Below, in pieces: positions 9,326-17,919 of a stretch of 64,000 nucleotides of DNA; the first letter of the stretch is position 1; each line of letters opens with the position of its first letter. The DNA is taken from positions 126,538 through 190,537 of the forward strand of contig JAQUQI010000001.1 of NCBI GenBank assembly GCA_028716165.1. Reading direction: 5' to 3'. Source of the DNA: Candidatus Omnitrophota bacterium. Lineage in GTDB: Bacteria; Omnitrophota; Gorgyraeia; JABMRG01. Below the pieces are notes generated by a model. The model searched no databases. It was not told where the DNA came from and worked only from the letters and a program-made list of their open reading frames with translations. The translations under genes were made by a program, and so were the position numbers.

Positions 9326-10783
9326 CTAAAAATAAATGTCTCTTTCGCCGCTCTTGATTTTTTTATAATATTCAACCAATGTCGGATAAAATAAAGGCAA
9401 CCGCTCTTTGACCTCTTTTATTTCTTTTGCTATTATCTCTTCCCCTGCCTTTTTCGTTGCTGAACTGGCAAAATCATCAAGCCATTCCCGAAATGTCAGG
9501 ATAGCATTCAATTTGCAAAATTGCCCCTCTTTGCCGGAACGTAAAAGCTCCATAATGCGATCCCCCGTTCTGCCGCAACGGTAACCGGCAGTACAAAATG
9601 ATGTGATAAACCCCATGCCTGCCAACTCAGCAATAACTTCATCAAGAGAGCGGGTATCTCCCAATAAAAATTGCTGCCGATTTTCTTCCTGGCTAAGATA
9701 TTTCTTGCTGTATACTCCGATTCCTATACGTGAAGACGCGTCGGTTTGCGTGCACCCAATAGGAATTATTTCATGCCTTATTCCCGGACTCTCCCGGGCA
9801 GTCAAGATCATCCCTGTATAGGGAATAGCAAGCCGGATCACCGCGGCAAGACGCTTAAACTCATCATCTGAAACTTTATATCCAGTTTCTAACACGCGCG
9901 CCGCGTTCATAGCGGGCTCAAGACGGGGAATAGAAACAGTATGCGGCCCGACACCGCTAAAGCGTTTCTCTAACTCACGGGCATGAGATACCAGACCCAT
10001 CACTTCAAATTTCCAATCATACAAACCGAACAGAACACCTATACCCACATCATCAATACCAGCCTCTAATGCCCGGTGCATGCAATAGAGCCGCCAGTGA
10101 TAATTCCCTTTTACCGTTGAAGCCGGATGGTATTTCTGATATGTTCTGCGGTGGTATGTCTCCTGAAAAACTTGATACGTCCCTATACCGGCTTCCTTCA
10201 ATATGGCAAGATCCGCTATTGAAAGCGGAGCGCAATTCACATTGACCCGGCGAATCTGGCCGTATCCATTCTTGGTTTTAACTTTTACTGAATAAACGGC
10301 TTTAAGAGAATCGGCAATGTAATGAACATCTGAATCGGGATGCTCCCCATATACCGTTACTAAGCGCTTATGGCCTATTTCACCAGCCAATACCTCTACC
10401 TCTTGGCTTATCTCATCAAGAGATAATTTTTTCCTTTCTATAGTGTTATCGCTTTTAAACCCGCAATACGCGCAATTATTAATACAAAGATTGCTGCAAT
10501 AAAGCGGGGCGAAAGTTACAATACGGTTATCATATACTTTCTTTTTTACTATTGTTGCCGTCTCAAATATTTCATCCCACAAACTATCATCACGCACGTT
10601 CAATAATGCCGCGGTTTCATTTAAATCAAGTGTTTCTATGGCGAGCGATTTCTGTAAAATATCCCTGATCTTAAACGAATCGGGATCTTGGTTAAGAATC
10701 AGGGCATTTGTAATGGAATCTTCATCAATAAAATCCCCTGTCGCCATATAACGGTTAATTTCTTCTGTTTTAATCATGATCAC
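9326..10783 (-). CDS. radical SAM enzyme, HydG/ThiH (tyrosine-lyase) family, HydG-like
   Basis: It has a CINNCAYCGF radical-SAM motif preceded by an N-terminal extension of about 90 aa like HydG. Length is 485 aa. A C-terminal Cys trio (FCTAGYRC...QFC) fits an auxiliary cluster. Confidence 0.7.
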   Translation of the reverse strand: MIMIKTEEINRYMATGDFIDEDSITNALILNQDPDSFKIRDILQKSLAIETLDLNETAALLNVRDDSLWDEIFETATIVKKKVYDNRIVTFAPLYCSNLCINNCAYCGFKSDNTIERKKLSLDEISQEVEVLAGEIGHKRLVTVYGEHPDSDVHYIADSLKAVYSVKVKTKNGYGQIRRVNVNCAPLSIADLAILKEAGIGTYQVFQETYHRRTYQKYHPASTVKGNYHWRLYCMHRALEAGIDDVGIGVLFGLYDWKFEVMGLVSHARELEKRFSGVGPHTVSIPRLEPAMNAARVLETGYKVSDDEFKRLAAVIRLAIPYTGMILTARESPGIRHEIIPIGCTQTDASSRIGIGVYSKKYLSQEENRQQFLLGDTRSLDEVIAELAGMGFITSFCTAGYRCGRTGDRIMELLRSGKEGQFCKLNAILTFREWLDDFASSATKKAGEEIIAKEIKEVKERLPLFYPTLVEYYKKIKSGERDIYF

Positions 10784-10791
10784 CTAACATG

Positions 10792-12141
10792 TTACATTTT
10801 TCCATACACATCCTGGGCCGCTAAAACTATCGGGAACATTGTCGGGGCGCTTGTCAAATAAGGGTGTGTAGCAACTTGCAAAGTCTCCAGTTCCGTAGCC
10901 GACATGCGCTTTTGAATCGCGACTCCTATAATATTTATCATCTGTGCGCATGACATGCCGCAACTTACCTGACCCCCTAGAATAATGCCAGACTGCTTGG
11001 AAAAAATAAGCTTGATCCTGCCCTTACAGGCACCCGGCAAAGAAGCTGGATGTTTATCTACGCCTTCGATGCTTCCAACAACGATCTCGAAACCTTCTTC
11101 GCGGGCGGTTTTTTCGGTGAGCCCGGCCGATCCTAAAACTAACCCGTCTATGTATGTCGAATATACCGCGATAGTGCCTTTATTTTCACGGATCACTTTG
11201 ATCTGATAAAGATTAGCTCCGGCAATCCTTGCCTCGGCGGTCGCGGTAGAAGCCAACATCACCGGAATCGCTTTACGAGTATAAAAATCTCTCTTACAAG
11301 AACAATCTCCGATCGCAAATATATCCGGATCGGTTGATGTGCGCATATACTCATCGGTCATAATACCCTTGCAAGAACCTATCTCTAATCCGGCATCTAC
11401 GGCTATTTTCACATTCGGCTTGGAACCTACCCCAAGAATTATCCCATCAACCGGAATTTCTTTCCCATCGGCAAACTTCACTCTTTCAACTTTATCTTGC
11501 CCGATTATTTCCTCTACCCTGGTATTAGTCAAAACCACGACTCCCTTTTCCCTTAACCGTGCTTCGGCCATCTGCGAAAATTCAGAGTCAAAAGAATTGG
11601 CAAGTATCTGCGGAAACATTTCTACTAACGTAACACTGATACCTTTGATTTTAGAAAGTTCATCAGCAAACTCTACACCGATAAACCCGCCGCCGATAAC
11701 AAGCACATTTTTGCACTTTTTGATCTCGGCTATCACGCCTTTCAAATACCCCATTTCTTTATTTATCGGATAAACCCCTCTTTTATCCACGCCCTTAATA
11801 GGCAAGATGATGGGAGTTGAACCCACCGCTAACACTAATTTTTCATAGGAATATATGTCTTTCTTTGCCGTTTCTATGGTTTTTTCTTTACGGTTGACGC
11901 GTACAGCGGAGTCAACAACGACTTCAACATTATTCTTCTCCAAAGACGCCATGCCTAATTTATTTTCATCAGGATTAGCAAGACTGGCAAACATATAGGG
12001 AATTCCGCAAGGAATGACTCCATCCGCCACATCCTTCATTACCATGATGCTTTTCCCAGGGTAGTATTTTCTGGCGGTTACCGCGCATACCACTCCGGCG
12101 GGACCAGCGCCAACAACCAATATATCCGTTTTTTTATTCAT
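10792..12141 (-). CDS. FAD-dependent pyridine nucleotide-disulfide oxidoreductase (NADH oxidase/CoA-disulfide reductase family)
   Basis: It has the GAGPAG FAD motif, an active-site Cys region (GVIPCG) and a second Rossmann fold (VIGGGFIGVE). Length is 449 aa. Confidence 0.85.
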   Translation of the reverse strand: MNKKTDILVVGAGPAGVVCAVTARKYYPGKSIMVMKDVADGVIPCGIPYMFASLANPDENKLGMASLEKNNVEVVVDSAVRVNRKEKTIETAKKDIYSYEKLVLAVGSTPIILPIKGVDKRGVYPINKEMGYLKGVIAEIKKCKNVLVIGGGFIGVEFADELSKIKGISVTLVEMFPQILANSFDSEFSQMAEARLREKGVVVLTNTRVEEIIGQDKVERVKFADGKEIPVDGIILGVGSKPNVKIAVDAGLEIGSCKGIMTDEYMRTSTDPDIFAIGDCSCKRDFYTRKAIPVMLASTATAEARIAGANLYQIKVIRENKGTIAVYSTYIDGLVLGSAGLTEKTAREEGFEIVVGSIEGVDKHPASLPGACKGRIKLIFSKQSGIILGGQVSCGMSCAQMINIIGVAIQKRMSATELETLQVATHPYLTSAPTMFPIVLAAQDVYGKM

Positions 12142-12190
12142 CTTGTCACCCTTTTAATGATTCCATCATTACGCAGATGCTGTGAATCAC

Positions 12191-12535
12191 TCATATATTG
12201 TTATCATGGCAAAATTGTATGGCGGCTTCGCTTTCCGCACCCGGCTGAATCCATGCCCGCTTTATGCCTTTCTGAAAATATTCCTGTAAGATGGTTTCGA
12301 TCGCTGGCGGAGGCGTAACTATATCAACAACATCCACTACACACGGTATATCGCTTACAATTTTATAACAAACCTTACCTTCAATTTCGCTTAAACGGAG
12401 ATTAACAGGAAAAACCTCATAGCCTCTATGTATTAAGTCCTTTAGAATCTTATAGGCAAATTTAAATTCATTTCTGAATGAACCTACTACGGCAAATCTT
12501 TTCTGTTTTAAAAATTCTTTAACTAAATCTTCCAT
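12191..12535 (-). CDS. CoA-binding domain protein (YccU-like)
   Basis: FAVVGSFRNEFKFAYKILKDL is the CoA_binding_2 pattern. Length is 114 aa. Confidence 0.75.
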   Translation of the reverse strand: MEDLVKEFLKQKRFAVVGSFRNEFKFAYKILKDLIHRGYEVFPVNLRLSEIEGKVCYKIVSDIPCVVDVVDIVTPPPAIETILQEYFQKGIKRAWIQPGAESEAAIQFCHDNNI

Positions 12536-12539
12536 TTAC

Positions 12540-12992
12540 CTATTCTATTTTCTCACCCGCGCCAGAACCGCTGTTCGCATCAAAAATTTCTTCTATTTCT
12601 ATTTTGAGCGCTCCCTTAGCGGGATACTTTTCTCCCATCGATTTCATCCATTTCCTGGCGTCTTCATATAGAGGCCCTGAATTTAAATAACTGCACCTAC
12701 CTTTGATTTGATACGACTCCTTGCCGCTTCTCACAAGAATCGCGACTAAAGGATTCTCAAGAATATTCGCTAATGTCTTATTCATATAGTTATCAACAAT
12801 GATGATAGTTTCGTCATCCAGAAGATATTTCGCTCCCGCATTGCAAACATTAGGAACACCGTTTTTTGACGATGTAGCAAGCTGATGAACCGGCTCGTTA
12901 TTAAAAATATCTTTTACTTTCTTAGGTATTTTCATTAAAAGTAGCCTTACTCCTTCTGAGATATTTCTTTTAAAATCTGTTCGTATAAACAC
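12540..12992 (-). CDS. pyridoxamine 5'-phosphate oxidase-like FMN-binding split-barrel protein
   Basis: The VHQLATSSKNGVPNV...IVDNYMNKT pattern is PNPOx-like. The real start is probably the internal Met (MKIPKK), which would remove the overlap with the upstream gene. Confidence 0.55.
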   Translation of the reverse strand: MFIRTDFKRNISEGVRLLLMKIPKKVKDIFNNEPVHQLATSSKNGVPNVCNAGAKYLLDDETIIIVDNYMNKTLANILENPLVAILVRSGKESYQIKGRCSYLNSGPLYEDARKWMKSMGEKYPAKGALKIEIEEIFDANSGSGAGEKIE

Positions 12993-13807
12993 AGAAAATC
13001 TTTCTTATAGTCGGGGAATACCTTAACCATCGGCTCCCCTTTTGAATAAGCCATGGCGATTTCTTTTCTAAAGGGTATTCTCATTAGCACGGGTATATTT
13101 TCTTTCTTACAGTATTCCTCGGTTTTATTATTCCCCAAATCAGCGCGGTTGATTACCACCCCAAACGGGATCTTTAATTTCCTTAGGACCTCTACTGCCA
13201 AAATTAAGTCATTTAAACCAAAAGGCGTTGGCTCGGTGACTAAAACGCAAAAATCGCTTTCCTTAACCGAACCAACCACAGGACAGGATGTTCCGGGAGG
13301 AGCATCGATAATAACTGTTTTTTTAAGATTAATATGCTCTTTGACCTGGCGGATAAGCGGCGGAGACATTGCTTCGCCGATATTAAGTTTCCCGTGTATG
13401 AATTCAATCTCTCCGCAAACGCCAAGTTCCACTACCCCTATTTCTCTATTTACTTCTTTTATTGCCTTTTCCGGGCATAGGGCACTGCAAGCGCCGCAAC
13501 CGTGGCATAAATTAGCAAAAACTAAAGTGCTTCCCTTATTTCCGTTTTGGCCTGGCAAAACCGCGATCGCGTGAAATACGCATACCTTGGCGCATTTTCC
13601 GCAATAAGTGCATTTGGATTCGTCAATCTCCGGAACAGGAATATAGGCTTTTTGCTGTTTTTCGATATTAGACTTTAAGAAAATATGCGCGTTGGGTTCC
13701 TCCACATCGCAATCCAAAAACTGCACGTTATTGATAGATAAAGCCAAATTAACCGCGATCGTCGTCTTGCCTGTCCCGCCTTTTCCACTTGCTATTGAGA
13801 TAATCAT
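12947..13807 (-). CDS. MinD/CooC-superfamily P-loop ATPase with an inserted ferredoxin domain (second copy)
   Basis: It has ASGKGGTGKTT plus the CTYCGKCAKVC and CHGCGACSALCP motifs. Confidence 0.85.
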   Translation of the reverse strand: MIISIASGKGGTGKTTIAVNLALSINNVQFLDCDVEEPNAHIFLKSNIEKQQKAYIPVPEIDESKCTYCGKCAKVCVFHAIAVLPGQNGNKGSTLVFANLCHGCGACSALCPEKAIKEVNREIGVVELGVCGEIEFIHGKLNIGEAMSPPLIRQVKEHINLKKTVIIDAPPGTSCPVVGSVKESDFCVLVTEPTPFGLNDLILAVEVLRKLKIPFGVVINRADLGNNKTEEYCKKENIPVLMRIPFRKEIAMAYSKGEPMVKVFPDYKKDFLCLYEQILKEISQKE

Positions 13808-13810
13808 ATA

Positions 13811-14419
13811 TTATGTACTCCGCTCGGCTATAAGCACGCTTTGCACGATGCTAGCGCATTCATTTATAGTAAAACCTTTATCAATGAAATATTTTTTTGC
13901 TTCTTCAAGGCGATTCCTAAAATAATCATGTGTCCTGCCTTCATTCGTGTGGCAGGCATTAATAATTTCTAATCCTTTATCGCTAAAATCGCTTAAGACC
14001 ACCTTACCGCCATGGCGTAATAAACGGGTTATTTCGTCTAATACCGCCAACGGTCTTTCAAGATGATGAAATACATTAATAGAAAAAATAATATCAAAAC
14101 TGTGATCTAAAAAACCCAAGCGTTCAGCGTCCTCAATTTTAAATATTGCCTGTTTTGCAAGGCCAAAATAACACAGATTTAGCATAGCGATCTCTTGCTC
14201 ATCCTTAGAGATATCTATGCTGGTGAAAGTAAATCCGCGCTTTGCCAAAGCGAGAGCAAAATGACCTTTACCTGTTCCGATTTCAAGGATTTGCCCAGAA
14301 ATAGGCAGGGATTTATCAAGGATAAAATCTCTTTCCTTCTCTATGTCGTAGCCAAAGCTTCGGTAATAGTTTACTCTCTCTAAATACCTTTTATGATTTA
14401 CTATAACTTCCTTATCCAA
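13811..14419 (-). CDS. class I SAM-dependent methyltransferase
   Basis: ILEIGTGKGHFALALAKRG is motif I. Length is 202 aa. Confidence 0.8.
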   Translation of the reverse strand: MDKEVIVNHKRYLERVNYYRSFGYDIEKERDFILDKSLPISGQILEIGTGKGHFALALAKRGFTFTSIDISKDEQEIAMLNLCYFGLAKQAIFKIEDAERLGFLDHSFDIIFSINVFHHLERPLAVLDEITRLLRHGGKVVLSDFSDKGLEIINACHTNEGRTHDYFRNRLEEAKKYFIDKGFTINECASIVQSVLIAERST

Positions 14420-14428
14420 ATTATTCCC

Positions 14429-14596
14429 TTATTCTCTTCTCATCTTGGTCCCGCATTTAGGACAATTCACATCGTAACAAGGAGCCCCTTGTTGATGCGG
14501 CACTTTTTCTCCACATTTGGGACATATACAATTCCCTCCAGGACCAGCTCCCGACTGATTACCTCCCATCCTGCCTCTGCCTTGGCCATTTGGCAT
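14429..14596 (-). CDS. small Gly-rich zinc-ribbon protein (55 aa; DUF5320-related C-terminal module)
   Basis: My own translation gives MPNGQGRGRMGGNQSGAGPGGNCICPKCGEKVPHQQGAPCYDVNCPKCGTKMRRE. It is below the 60-aa cutoff of the track. It is a near-duplicate of the C-terminal half of the next ORF. Confidence 0.5.
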   Translation of the reverse strand: MPNGQGRGRMGGNQSGAGPGGNCICPKCGEKVPHQQGAPCYDVNCPKCGTKMRRE

Positions 14597-14617
14597 GATA
14601 ACCCTCCTTTGCTTTTA

Positions 14618-14833
14618 CTATTCTCGTACCATTCTTATGCCGCATTTAGGGCAGCTCATCGAGCCACAAGGTGTGCCTGCTTGATGAATAACTTTAGTCC
14701 CGCAGCTTGGACAAACACAATTACCTCCCGGCCCCGCGTTGCCTCGTCTACCTCTGCCCATACCCATTCCCCTGCCCATCCCTGATCCTTGGCCCAACGG
14801 CCCAGTTCCATCTCGTCCTGGCATAATAATCAC
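14618..14833 (-). CDS. DUF5320-like protein variant with a C-terminal zinc ribbon
   Basis: The N-terminus MPGRDGTGPLGQGSGMGRGMGMGRG matches the DUF5320 signature. The C-terminus GPGGNCVCPSCG...CPKCG replaces the usual coiled coil. A GGAGGTG ribosome-binding site is present. Confidence 0.6.
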   Translation of the reverse strand: MIIMPGRDGTGPLGQGSGMGRGMGMGRGRRGNAGPGGNCVCPSCGTKVIHQAGTPCGSMSCPKCGIRMVRE

Positions 14834-14836
14834 CTC

Positions 14837-15088
14837 CTAATCGTGCTCTTCAAACATTTTATCCTGCGTTGGATCCTTCTTTCTGATCCACTCAATCAAC
14901 ATTGCCGCGTGCTCTTTTTCTTCGTTCATATTGTGCGTAAGAAGCTTTTTCAACGACTCATCAGCAGTAGCGTCTATACGTTCCTGATAAAAATCAACCG
15001 CCTCCAATTCCTCGCGTAAAGATTTTCTTGCTCTTTCTAAATCAACATGCTTTGGATCCATTTTTTCCAACGGTTCAAAGAATGGCAT
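14837..15088 (-). CDS. encapsulated-ferritin-like (EncFtn family) four-helix ferroxidase-like protein, no targeting peptide
   Basis: EELEAVDFYQERIDATADESLKKLLTHNMNEEKEHAAMLIEWIRK aligns closely with the EncFtn core, including the EExxH motif. Length is 83 aa. Confidence 0.65.
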   Translation of the reverse strand: MPFFEPLEKMDPKHVDLERARKSLREELEAVDFYQERIDATADESLKKLLTHNMNEEKEHAAMLIEWIRKKDPTQDKMFEEHD

Positions 15089-15105
15089 CGCACCTCCTTG
15101 CGTTT

Positions 15106-16284
15106 TTATAACCGTGCTGCTTGTCTTTTAATTTCAGCGGCCTTATCCGTTAATTCCCAACTAAAATCCGCATCGTTACGGCCAAAATGGCCATAACAAG
15201 CGGTTTTTCTGTATATCGGCCGTAGTAATTTCAGGGAATCAATGATGCCTCTCGGCGTAAGCTTAAAATTCTCTCGAATAAGCTTAACCAATTTCTCATC
15301 GGGCAACTTTCCTGTACCATAAGTCTCCACGTATACAGATAACGGTTCGGCGTATCCTATAACATAAGCCAACTGGACAAGAAATTTATCAGCTAAGCCA
15401 GCCGCAACCATATTTTTGGCGATATAACGACACATATACGCCGCAGAACGGTCAACTTTTGTTGGGTCTTTCCCGGAAAATGCCCCTCCGCCATGCGCAA
15501 TGCTTCCGCCATAGGTATCTACGACAATCTTTCTTCCGGTCATACCAGTATCGGATTGCGGGCCACCGATTAAAAACTTACCCGTTTGATTAACATAATA
15601 TTTTGTATCCTTATCTATAAACTGCTCTAAAACCGGCTTAGCCACAATATCAATAAGCTCTTTACGTGCTTTCGGGGTAATATTTTTACCTGTTTTATCT
15701 AAAATCTTATCCGTATGCTGGCACGCAAGCACAACCGCATCTACACGATTAGGCTTGCCATCATGATATTCCACTGTAACTTGTGATTTACAATCGGGCC
15801 CTAAATATTTTAAAGTATCGGCTCTACGCACATCCGCCATGAGCTTTACCAATTTATGGGCGAGAGTTATCGGAAGCGGCATTAACTCTTTAGTCTCATT
15901 GCAAGCGTAGCCGAACATAATTCCCTGATCGCCCGCGCCGCCTGCATCAACGCCCTGGGCAATATCTGGAGATTGACTATTAATAGAATTTATAATCGCG
16001 CACGTTTCATAATCAAACCCGTATTTAGGATGCGTATATCCGATATTTTTGATAATCTCACGGGCAAGCTTCTGAATATTGATATATGTAGATGTCGTAA
16101 TTTCTCCGCCAACAACTAAAAGCCCCATTGTAACGTACGTCTCGCACGCAACTCTGCTTCTATGTTTATTGCGATCGAGCTTTAAAACCTCATCCAATAC
16201 TCCGTCTGATATTTGATCACACAACTTATCCGGATGCCCTTCTCCAACTGACTCGGAAGAAAAAAAATACTTACGTTTATTCAT
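15106..16284 (-). CDS. metK: S-adenosylmethionine synthase
   Basis: [29 protein letters not shown] and DTYGG motifs are all present. Length is 392 aa. Confidence 0.95.
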   Translation of the reverse strand: MNKRKYFFSSESVGEGHPDKLCDQISDGVLDEVLKLDRNKHRSRVACETYVTMGLLVVGGEITTSTYINIQKLAREIIKNIGYTHPKYGFDYETCAIINSINSQSPDIAQGVDAGGAGDQGIMFGYACNETKELMPLPITLAHKLVKLMADVRRADTLKYLGPDCKSQVTVEYHDGKPNRVDAVVLACQHTDKILDKTGKNITPKARKELIDIVAKPVLEQFIDKDTKYYVNQTGKFLIGGPQSDTGMTGRKIVVDTYGGSIAHGGGAFSGKDPTKVDRSAAYMCRYIAKNMVAAGLADKFLVQLAYVIGYAEPLSVYVETYGTGKLPDEKLVKLIRENFKLTPRGIIDSLKLLRPIYRKTACYGHFGRNDADFSWELTDKAAEIKRQAARL

Positions 16285-16292
16285 GAATTCTC

Positions 16293-16460
16293 CTAAATTG
16301 AAATCGCTTCATTTGGGCATTGATTCACACAAACTCCACACTCAACGCAATCATCGCTGATTACGGCTTTTTCTTTTTCTATCTTTATCGCATTAACAGG
16401 ACAAATATCCTTACACGTGCCGCAACCATTGCATTTCTTTTTATCTACTTTCGCAGCCAT
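16293..16460 (-). CDS. 2x[4Fe-4S] ferredoxin (55 aa)
   Basis: My own translation gives [55 protein letters not shown]. There is a GAGGAG ribosome-binding site 7 nt upstream. It is below the track cutoff. Confidence 0.75.
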   Translation of the reverse strand: MAAKVDKKKCNGCGTCKDICPVNAIKIEKEKAVISDDCVECGVCVNQCPNEAISI

Positions 16461-16472
16461 AACCGCTCCTCT

Positions 16473-16850
16473 TTATTTCTTCTTACCCGGCATTCCGGCA
16501 TGCGAACTGACACTAGGGCCAGAAACCGCTTTGTATTCTCCTTTTTTATATTTCTCGACTGCTTCACTAACCGTACCCGAGGCTCCGGTAAATATCTCTA
16601 TTCCTGCCGCCTGCAATGTCTGAAAAGCGTTAGGCCCGACATTCCCGGTTACCACAGCTTTAATCTTTTTAGAAGCGACAAACTGCGCCGATTGAATACC
16701 CGCGCCGCCCATTGACTCAATATTAGGATTTTCGATCTCTTCAAATTCTAAAGTATCCGTATCAATAATAATAAAGTGCTGACACCTGCCAAAACGAGGA
16801 TCTACCTTAGAATCCAAACTGCCGCCCTCTGAAGTCACGCATATTCTCAT
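16473..16850 (-). CDS. dinitrogenase FeMo-cofactor biosynthesis domain protein (NifB/NifX/NafY-like)
   Basis: MRICVTSEGGSLDSKVDPRFGRCQHFIIID...AVVTGNVGPNAFQTLQAAGIEIF matches the typical PF02579 pattern. Confidence 0.8.
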   Translation of the reverse strand: MRICVTSEGGSLDSKVDPRFGRCQHFIIIDTDTLEFEEIENPNIESMGGAGIQSAQFVASKKIKAVVTGNVGPNAFQTLQAAGIEIFTGASGTVSEAVEKYKKGEYKAVSGPSVSSHAGMPGKKK

Positions 16851-16864
16851 ATATTTTCGCCTCC

Positions 16865-17263
16865 TTAATGGTCACAATCTTCTTTATGTGGATGGTCACA
16901 TTCATCTTTTTCTAAACCGTACCCCTTACCCGCTCCGGGCTTGCAAAGACTCTCGCCGCTTTCCAGCGTTCCTTTTTTCAGCTGTCCGATTACTTCGTCG
17001 ATTTTTACGCTTATCCCTACGATAGTCTTAATGCTGTATTCCTCAAAAAGTGACGTTGCCCGCGCTCCCATGCCACCGGCAATAATACAATTTACACCCT
17101 TTTTATGCAAAAACTCCGGAATCGCACCCGGCTGATGTCCGGGATTCGCTACTCCTGTCCTTTTCGTTACTTTGCCATTTTCGATGTCAACAAGGGTAAA
17201 AGTTGGACATCTACCAAAATGGGCAGACACAAATTCTCCATCTGTAGATATGGCTGCACGCAT
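16865..17263 (-). CDS. dinitrogenase FeMo-cofactor biosynthesis domain protein (NifX-like) with a His/Cys-rich tail
   Basis: AHFGRCPTFTLVDIENGKV...CIIAGGMGARATSLF is the family pattern. The C-terminus is CDHPHKEDCDH. Confidence 0.8.
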   Translation of the reverse strand: MRAAISTDGEFVSAHFGRCPTFTLVDIENGKVTKRTGVANPGHQPGAIPEFLHKKGVNCIIAGGMGARATSLFEEYSIKTIVGISVKIDEVIGQLKKGTLESGESLCKPGAGKGYGLEKDECDHPHKEDCDH

Positions 17264-17336
17264 AATATCTCCTTTTAAACTGGATAGGATAAAGGAATAG
17301 AGATTAAAATCTATCCCTTTACCCTATCTGGATTGT

Positions 17337-17897
17337 TTACTCACTCTTCTCTGCCTGATTTTTCTCAAGCATCTCAATGCGGCCTTGAATATCCTCAAGC
17401 TGTTTTTTTAAGAAATCAGCTTCACCTTTTAGGATATCCGCCTCCTGCTTAGGTTTCATTTCAGGCGCATAAGGATACGTCCCGCCAAAAGCAGGAAATC
17501 CCATAGATGCTCTCTGCCAGCCGGAAAGACCGGTTGTGTAAAACCAATTTCTCCGGCCTCTGCCGCCGCCTCGGCCAAAAAACCCTCTGCCCATGCCAAC
17601 ATAACCTCCGCCGGACACAGGATTCATATAACCGGCCATAGGATAACCCGCACAGAGACCAGCCCCTCTTCCTGTCATCGGTCCTAATCCCATAGGTCCA
17701 GTTCCATCTCCTCTAGGCATAACAAACACCCCCTTTCTTAAACTACTTTTGGATTCTTTATCACCAGAATCTATTTTAGCTACGCAAAAACCCATTCCCC
17801 TGCCGGTAAACGACCCTGCTCCCCTGGGTCCTGTCCCATCAAATCCTGGCATAATCATCACCCCCCCCCCATTAATGGAATTGATAATCATTCTCAT
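17337..17897 (-). CDS. DUF5320-family protein (two Gly-rich MPG(F/R)DGTGP modules plus a C-terminal coiled coil)
   Basis: It has MPGFDGTGPRGAGSFTGRGMG and MPRGDGTGPMGLGPMTGRGAGLCAGY, followed by LKGEADFLKKQLEDIQGRIEMLEK. The real start is probably ATG 17850-17852 or 17856-17858, just downstream of a G10 tract. Confidence 0.7.
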   Translation of the reverse strand: MRMIINSINGGGVMIMPGFDGTGPRGAGSFTGRGMGFCVAKIDSGDKESKSSLRKGVFVMPRGDGTGPMGLGPMTGRGAGLCAGYPMAGYMNPVSGGGYVGMGRGFFGRGGGRGRRNWFYTTGLSGWQRASMGFPAFGGTYPYAPEMKPKQEADILKGEADFLKKQLEDIQGRIEMLEKNQAEKSE

Positions 17898-17919
17898 ATA
17901 TTGAGAAAAAATATATTCC

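Noticed and set aside
14837-16284. Encapsulin shell gene adjacent to the EncFtn-like gene
   Set aside because: The neighbours are metK and a DUF5320-like protein. No HK97-fold shell protein of about 270 aa is present in the window.
16285-16472. Expected SAM riboswitch (S-box) upstream of metK
   Set aside because: The interval is fully occupied by a well-formed 55-aa ferredoxin ORF with its own ribosome-binding site. No S-box helices are recognisable.
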